A program made the position numbers and the translations under genes. Source: Chrysomallon squamiferum (taxonomy: Eukaryota; Animalia; Mollusca). From it: DNA of 64,000 nt. The notes under the pieces are model-generated. The model ran no database searches. It was not told where the DNA came from and saw only the letters and a list, made by a program, of their open reading frames with translations. Location: contig CM022666.1 in NCBI GenBank assembly GCA_012295275.1, positions 1,860,001-1,924,000 of the forward strand, read 5' to 3'. Below, in pieces: positions 56,101 to 64,000 of this stretch (position 1 is its first letter; each line of letters starts with the position of its first letter).

Positions 56101-57712
56101 AGAAAGTAGGTATGCAAATATTACAAATGTATCTTCTTAATTCAGTATATGCTACCAACTCTTAATGAACAAACTATAACTAAAGAAAATTCTGTGAAGA
56201 TTGGTGAAAATCAGATAAATGTCTACTACAATCCACAAGAAAAACACAGCTGAAATCTGTGCCATCTGAAACAACAGAAAAACACACAGCTAATAAATAA
56301 TCTTCAACGATGTCCCATTACCCTGATTAATGTGAGTCAGCAGCAGACACTTCTATCTCTTCTCTGTTTCCCTATCAATCCTGTGGAACTGTGAAGAGAC
56401 ACATAGGCAATTCTTCAAAACTGGACACAGAGAATTCAGATATCTGGAGCATCAAATCATTCTAAGTGGCGACCTGAAGCATTCTTCTGGTCATGAATGT
56501 GCCAAGACAATTTCAACATTCAGTGACAGAGCTTTCTTTTCATAAATAACACCACGATGAAAAGTAACAAAAGTAACAAAAGTAGTGAAAATGTGTCCAC
56601 TTTCTTTCAATGAATAAACATTTGAATAAAGACAGTATGTAGTAAAAGGTATGAATTTCAAAACAGAGTAAAATGGACTCTGGTTGTTGTTCTAAATACA
56701 ATGCTTTATGAATGCAAATTCATCTGAATAATTTTAACACCAAGAAAAACAAAAGACAGCAAACAAAGAATGAAAAAAAACAAAAAAATGAAAATCTATT
56801 AATGCATTGTTTAATTATCGTATAAAAATGAGCAAGTCAAATCTCTAAACCATTTTTGAAAAATAACATTAGTTAGTCATAGAAGACCCCCCCAAAAATC
56901 CAAGGTCTTCGTATCTCATTATGCATAGTAATTTCTGTTTTAACAAGATCAGACCCAAGATCTGCTGCCCTCTATGCATAACAATGAAAATATCTCCATC
57001 TCCAACCAAACTCAGCCAATCTGGCCACACAATGACTAGTCAGACAAAACTTCAAAAGCACTAATTAGCTCAGACACTCTCCATAGCTACACACACAGTC
57101 AGCCAGAACAGTGCATCAGAATTCAGACTGCTAAGTGATGGACTGCCCGGGGCTAACACCAGGAAGCTCACAAGGGTGGGAAGAGGGATAGCAGGAGTGC
57201 AATCTCTGCTTGATCGGGAAAAAAGAGAAGTGGAGGACAAGCTGGTAATTAGCACCAGTGTGATGTGGCTGCTGATTAGTTTTGATTTATGGGTTTGTAA
57301 TTAGTATGCCAGGAGCGTGCAGTTCTGCCTGCCCTTGCAGTTGGCCAGCAGCTTCACGTTTGGTGCTGCTGAAAGCAGTCGAATCACATCAAAGATTTAA
57401 TCAGAAATGTAATTTTCCCCCTTCATTTCAGTTTCCAAAGTTTTGATGCATATTATTTAACTTTTTTATTTTTGTTATGGTTAACGAAATATTTTAACTG
57501 ATAACATTTCAAATACAGCTGCGGCCTGGTATTCTCTCAAGCACCAAATGTCTGAATTTAAATATTTTTAAATGTTTCTGAAAATTTATTAAGAAAATTG
57601 ATGGAACTAATCATCTTACTAATTTTATTAAACAACATTTAATTAATTTAACAAGGCAAAGAGGAAAATAAATAAACAGAATTATTCAGTCCCTTCAATA
57701 ATAAATTATCTG

Positions 57713-57750
<38 letters not shown>

Positions 57751-60700
57751 CAATATCTTTCAAAGTGTTACTTTCAAATATTAAAAAAATATAATTATCA
57801 AATAAAACAGTTGTATTTATGATAATAATTCATGAATTCCATTTGTTTCAGATGATGCGTGACTGTTCATGTTGTTGTTTTATTACTATGACTAAGGCTA
57901 TCCCAAATATTCATCTTCCCTGTTCTAGATGGTAATTCATCCAAGTCATTCCAAGAAAACTAAATGATTTCAAAAATATTATTTTGTGCACATAAATATC
58001 AAGTGGACAGAAAGTCATTCAGGGAAATCCCATGACACCTAATGATGAGTCAAAACCAGAACAGTTTCTTTTACGTGGGATTAATCTGTTTCTTTTACTC
58101 AAAAGTTAATCAAAGTCTATCAATCAATAAATAGGAGGATTTATGAATAAAGACATTTAGTCCTCATTAAAATGTGATGACCATTGTCGTAAAGGAAAAC
58201 AAAATATTAAAAATCGTAAAGAATAAAAAAAAAAAAAAATCATTTGACTCATGTTGCATGATGAAGCAACAAAAATGAGTCACCAATTGAAACTGGACAC
58301 GCAGGACAATAATTTATTTAGCAACATTTTGGACTGGAGGGCAACAATTTCTTCTCTTTTTCCCTTTTTTTTTTCTTTCTTTGTAAATAACCTTTGATTA
58401 AAAAAAAAAAAAAATGCAAGAAAAAAAAGGCAATTCATTAAGATTTTCAAATGAAAAACAGAAATATCAAAGAAATGTTGCTGCTTGTTACACTAAAAAT
58501 GAATATGAATGTGTCAGTATTAATGATACAGTGAAAAATGAACTGAGCAAGCACACCAAACAATGATCGAGATTTATGACCTCCAGACATAATAAACGAG
58601 ATGGCTATAAATTTACACTTTATAGCTGATGGGCTTTCTGGGATCGTGGAACTCTTCGCATCAGCTTCCCTTCCCCACCGACTGCAAATCCAGCAACCTC
58701 TTCATACAGAATGCTTCAAAGACAGATCACTTGCAGGATCATTGTTACAGAAGTCTATATGGATTTTGTGTCACCAGCCCGCACACTCATTCCATCACTG
58801 GTCATTACAGATAATTAAATCACTTGAAAATTGATGCTCGGTGACACTTTTTGGCTGTTTATTGGATGGAGGAGAGTCAGATGACGTTTTAGTTAGATAT
58901 TTTTTTGGAAGTGTTACAAAAAGTTGTGATGATTTTAATAACTTTTAAATGAGTTAAAAGAGGCATTATGGATTACTGCTTCCTCTTGGGGTTTTTTTTT
59001 TTAAATATTTTTGTTTTATTTTTTTTTTTCTTCTTTCATATTTCTTTTTATAAAACTAATACTGATTCTTGGATCTTGCTAAATAACCTTAACTGTACAA
59101 ACATGAGTTAGATCAATTTAAATTACATTAAAAATGAAACAACATGTTATTTTTATTTCACCAATCATCTTAATAAACATAATAAACAGATAGTGATTTG
59201 ACAATACCTTAACATATTTTATTCTTTAAAAGGTATTAGAAGTAAAACAATTTTTTTTATATATAAAACAGTGAGAGGTATTTTTTTACAAATACTTTGC
59301 TTTTGTTAAACCACTTGTTGGGTTCTGCTTTGTTTAAGAACATAAAGCACTTACTAATAGTAATAAATTTAATTAAATTATCTATAACACATAACAAAGA
59401 AAAAACTGAAATTGTTCAACTTACTAACAAGAATGATCTACAGAACTTTTAACCAAATAAATGATGAATAATGTATTTAAAAATAACAAATTATACACAA
59501 GGCAATGAAAGTAAAATTAAAAATTAATATTCAAAGAAAAAATTGGTATCAAAATTAATTATCAATGAACACAAATAAATTTAATAACAGAATTAATGGG
59601 GTTTTTTAAAATATTTTTCACTAAACCATGGTAGTTTAAGAAAATAAAAATAAAAAATAAAAAAGGAAGATTTTAACAGAAACAATTAACTTCAAAAATT
59701 ACAAACAAGAACACACAGAAGTCTGAGAAAAGAACATAAAGGAAAGAAAGAAAGCATTGTCTAAAAAAAAAAAAAACTGGCAACCAGAAACCAAATCAAT
59801 ACTGTATAAATTTTCCGGGTTTAATAACCTGCAAATGAAGCACTGAGACTTCAGAAATCAGAAGAAACCGAATCTCATGATGTGGGATTGACTTAAGCAA
59901 ACTGAAGGGTTATTGGAAAATCACACACGATCTCACAACACAACAGAATCGACAGGACGTGCACAGTGGCAGTTTGCTGCAAAGTGTGACATTTGTACAA
60001 AACATGGGCTCCACTGCATCCAATTGTTACCCAACACACAAACACGATCTTTGACAAAAGCTGATTAGAAGCAATTCATTTTGTGTGTGGTTTTAGAAGT
60101 TGGTCTGTAACAAGTCCATTAGCTCCTATGAATCATTATTCCATTAATTAGGAAGTTTTCCTTGTCACATCATTGTTTCCAGCACAAAAATGCTGCAGAG
60201 TTCTCAATGAATCATTATACTCAATTGTATTGTTTAGAACAACTTTCAACGGAAATCATATACTATTTATATATTTTTAACATTTTTTTTTTTTAATTTT
60301 AAATTTATTTGATTATATATTTCTTTTCTTGGTGTCTATCTTTTTTCCTTTTTTTAAATCATTTTTTTTTTTTTTTTTTTAACCACTGGTAAAATGATTA
60401 TATAATCTTTAGAATATATGTGCTAAGTGATTATCATTACTTAATATGATATATAAAAATGTCTTAAGTAACACAAACTCTCCCATACTCCATCCACACA
60501 AACACATGCTTTCACAATCACCCTTATAAATACACAGTGAAAAAAAAAAAAAAAAAAAGACACATATGGTAATATCAAGCAATAGGATTGAGGAAAAGAT
60601 AAATATGAAAAAAGTGTAATTTATTATCTGCTTTCCTGATTAATAGAGACTTTTACCATTTTAATTTATATATATATATATATATATAATAGGATTTCTA

Positions 60701-61014
60701 CTGGTGTACTAATTGAAAGCATATACACATTCCACTTAACATAAAAAAATTCAAAAAATTTCAAAAAAAAAAAAAAAAATTACTTTAATGATCCTGCTAA
60801 GAATCATGAAAGACACATTTGGTGCCAAAGTTAATTGACAGCTGCTCAAATTATCTAATCAGTGATTAAAAAAACAAAACTTAAAAAGTTGTTAATAATA
60901 ATTTCCTCAGGATATTAGATTATAAAGATTCAAAGTAAAAGCAAAAAAGGTTTACCAGGAACTGCTAAAATTATCAACACTACCTAGTATATTACTTCAT
61001 TCTTATGGTGACGG

Positions 61015-61045
<31 letters not shown>

Positions 61046-64000
61046 TATTCTATTTTTGTAGTAGCAGTGATGATGGTAATGATAATTGTAGCAGTCTACA
61101 AAATTTATTATATTTACTTATTAACAAATATATAAAATTTAAAGCAAAATTTTTAAACCAACATCTGCCAGGTTTGAATCAAATAACATTAATTTTTTTA
61201 ATTTTTTTATTAATAATAATAACAATAATAAGCTACAAATATACACGAGTGGACCATACTATGATAATAATAATAAAAATGTGTGGCAGTAATATTAAAC
61301 AAATATCCTTTCCATGTGAAACATTCTAAAGCAAAAGAGCCATTAAGACTGTGATTCTTGTGCAGAAGGTGTAAAAAAAAACAAAAAAAAACACAACATA
61401 TTCGGTGTCAGCAGAATGGCACGACATGGTGATCTATGACTGGGGAAGAACATATTTCCCTCTTGTCCTCACTTATGTTAGTCTGCCCATGAGGTCCCCG
61501 ACAGGCATGGCTCCATTTTCAGGTTTAAAAGTTCAGGCTGTGAGGTTTACCATACATCTACGTGTGGGGAATATGTCTCCAGCGAACTACGTCCACAGCG
61601 TTTTAAAACATTAATTTACGAGTCATTATCCACACACTTCATTTTAAGAACGTTTGTGAGAGAACAGTTTAAATTATCTTTTTCAAATTAATATTTCAAA
61701 CAGTCTGCGTTATCTCCACTGATAATGAAATTCATTTTTTTTTTTATTTGGGAGATTATAAATCATAGGAAATAACTTAAAAACTTTAAAGCATGTATTT
61801 ATGGGCATGTATTATTTAGAAATCGTTTTTAAAATGATATGATTATGAACACAATTGGGTTTTATTTTTCTAAGGGAAGGGCAGTTGTTGTTGTTTTCTT
61901 GTCAAGGATTAAGATATCAGTGATAAAAATCTCTTAATGTATGATCTTGGTAATTATTTTACTATATAACAATAATCTAGATTAGAGATGGAAAAGAATG
62001 AAAAAAAAAGACATTTTATCTCCCACTCTGGATTTTCTGATTCATTTTATCACACTATGCTCACTGAAACTTGGTTCTACAGCAATTTCTTTTTTCTTTC
62101 CTTCTACTTTTTTCCCCATTAAAATAGTTGTTCTGGTAATATGTAATGTAAATTTGTTTTCAAGCTAAGGTTTTTATAAAAAAAACTTCATCAGAGTATT
62201 CCCATCCACCATGGTGTTAAAAGAATCTATTTTTACTCAAGTCTCAAACCTCAAACATTACGAGTTCAAAAGTTAGAAACTTTTTTTCGTCCAGTTTCTA
62301 TTTTCAATTTGTTTAAAATTAGCCATAACAAGTTATTTCTACATTATTATTATTATTATTAATAGAACCTTCCCCTAGACAAATTCCAGTGATAATTATT
62401 TATAACAAGAGTAACAAGCTACACCTGTCAACACAAGCCCCAGAACCAAACACACTAAAGCGCTCAGCCTAAACAGCTGTAATGAATTTACAAGTGGCTT
62501 TGAAAATTAATTTTTAAAACCTAACAGATTTCCTCTTGGCATCCCTCTCCATTATCTGTATAGCATAACCTTTGGAAACCAATTAGATCCCTTCCCCCCA
62601 CAAAGCTTGTTGCTATGGTAATTAAGGACACCGCTTTCCAAAGCCAAGACATGGGCCTGAAGGGAAGAACAGGAAAAGCAGATGATGAAAGGATGGATGA
62701 GCTCAACTAATTAAAAGATCTCTGTATACCGTCTGTGAATGAAGATCAGTAGCAGTTCTCTGACTGGTACAATGTGGTGATAATCAGACAGCAGAAAAAT
62801 GTGGCTTGATGCTAGACAGAGAGAGATTCTGGTGAAGAAATCACAACGGTATCAGAAGTTCAGGTGCTGATCAGTGCTGAAGGTCAAGAAAAAGAATAAA
62901 ACTTCTGACAAAACTTCTCGTATGGCAGAAGAATGAATGAATGAATGAAGGTTAAACAAACCATTTCTTTAAAGTTTAGTGTAATGGTTATTAGAAGTCA
63001 AACATGATACAAGAGAAAAAAAAATCCTAACAGAATATATGAAACAGTAGCAAAAGGAGACACACAAGTAGTCAGAAACACACAAACTTAATATGATATA
63101 AAAATGCCACATACACACACCCAAAAACACACACACACATACACATGCATGGACACATTCCATAAACCTTTCTCTATCACTCATAGAGCCAAATATATAT
63201 ACAAACACCCAGCCATTTCAAGGTTAGAACTGATTACACATTTTATCATATCTCTCCAACACCTGATACCATGACCAATGTACAGCCAGGTCCCATCTGC
63301 CGTATTGATCTCATTAAAGGTTGTTTTGGGAAATGTTTTTTTTCTCTAGTTGTTCCTGCTACTTAACCAGAGTGTTAATGGCTATGTAAATATCTCATGT
63401 TTAGATCATCAGTGGTTCTCTGCCAGTATTTCTCTCTTCCTCTGGCTCATCATAAAGTAATTGTGCTCTGTGTGCCATCTGCTACTTCCATCTCAAACCA
63501 CTTGCGGTGTAAGAGGTTGGATAGTTAGGACATTTAAAAAAAATATATATATAAAAATCAAGATTTGAAAAAAAAAGAACAACAATGTAAAAAAAAGTTT
63601 ACAGTTCATTTGCTTTTAGATTGACAGAATTGTCCATCAACTTTTTTCTTTTCATTCCAGTATTAATTAGGTTTTATAAAGCCCAGTTTGATTTACTTTT
63701 TCTTCTTCTTTTTTTTCCTGCTAATGTTCTTTTTAGAGATTTTGTGTTTTGGTTACAAGGGATGTTGGTAATAAGGTTTGGTTTTGATATAAGGTATATC
63801 TGGTATGTTTTTTTCCGTTATACATGTGAAAACACATCCTATTCTTTTAATAAACCAGAATTACTATCAGACACTGAATGAAATGGTAAAGTTAAATGAA
63901 ATCCTCATTCGTATTCTTCTACAAACAAAGTTTCCATCCTTTCAAAAAATATTATCCAAAAAAAAAAAAAAGAAGAACTTAAAAATATAAAATCTCACAA

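Noticed and set aside
58601-58834. Two overlapping + strand ORFs and an 8-bp stem (GCTATAAA/TTTATAGC)
   Set aside because: No recognisable homology or donor site. The lengths are within chance for a GC-richer island, and the stem is short and AT-rich.

Overview
This is AT-rich, microsatellite-rich animal genomic DNA, probably an invertebrate such as a mollusc (inference from composition). It holds the 3' half of one minus-strand gene of the misshapen/MAP4K4/TNIK/MINK1 (GCK-IV Ste20 kinase) family. Eight exons between 11544 and 2695 splice together in frame with GT-AG boundaries. They encode the end of the intermediate region and most of the CNH domain. The kinase domain and the last CNH exons lie outside the window. 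From 11545 to 64000 the window is one very long, mostly non-coding stretch, with GC-richer islands among poly(A) runs and simple repeats. The most interesting signals concern isoforms. (1) An 80-nt exon at 32913-32992 carries its own ATG (MVLMDEEVDMFYYYRIVDNYYYILVE) and is phase-compatible with the downstream exons, predicting a kinase-less, CNH-containing isoform. (2) A frame-preserving 63-nt exon sits inside the CNH domain (1533-1595). (3) A 42-nt cassette candidate lies behind a 56-nt intron (11296-11337). Also noted: a CRE pair upstream of the first CNH exon, a pre-miRNA-like hairpin and a 39-bp minisatellite. Almost all ORFs in the supplied track are low-complexity artefacts. All coordinates were read by eye and no database searches were run.
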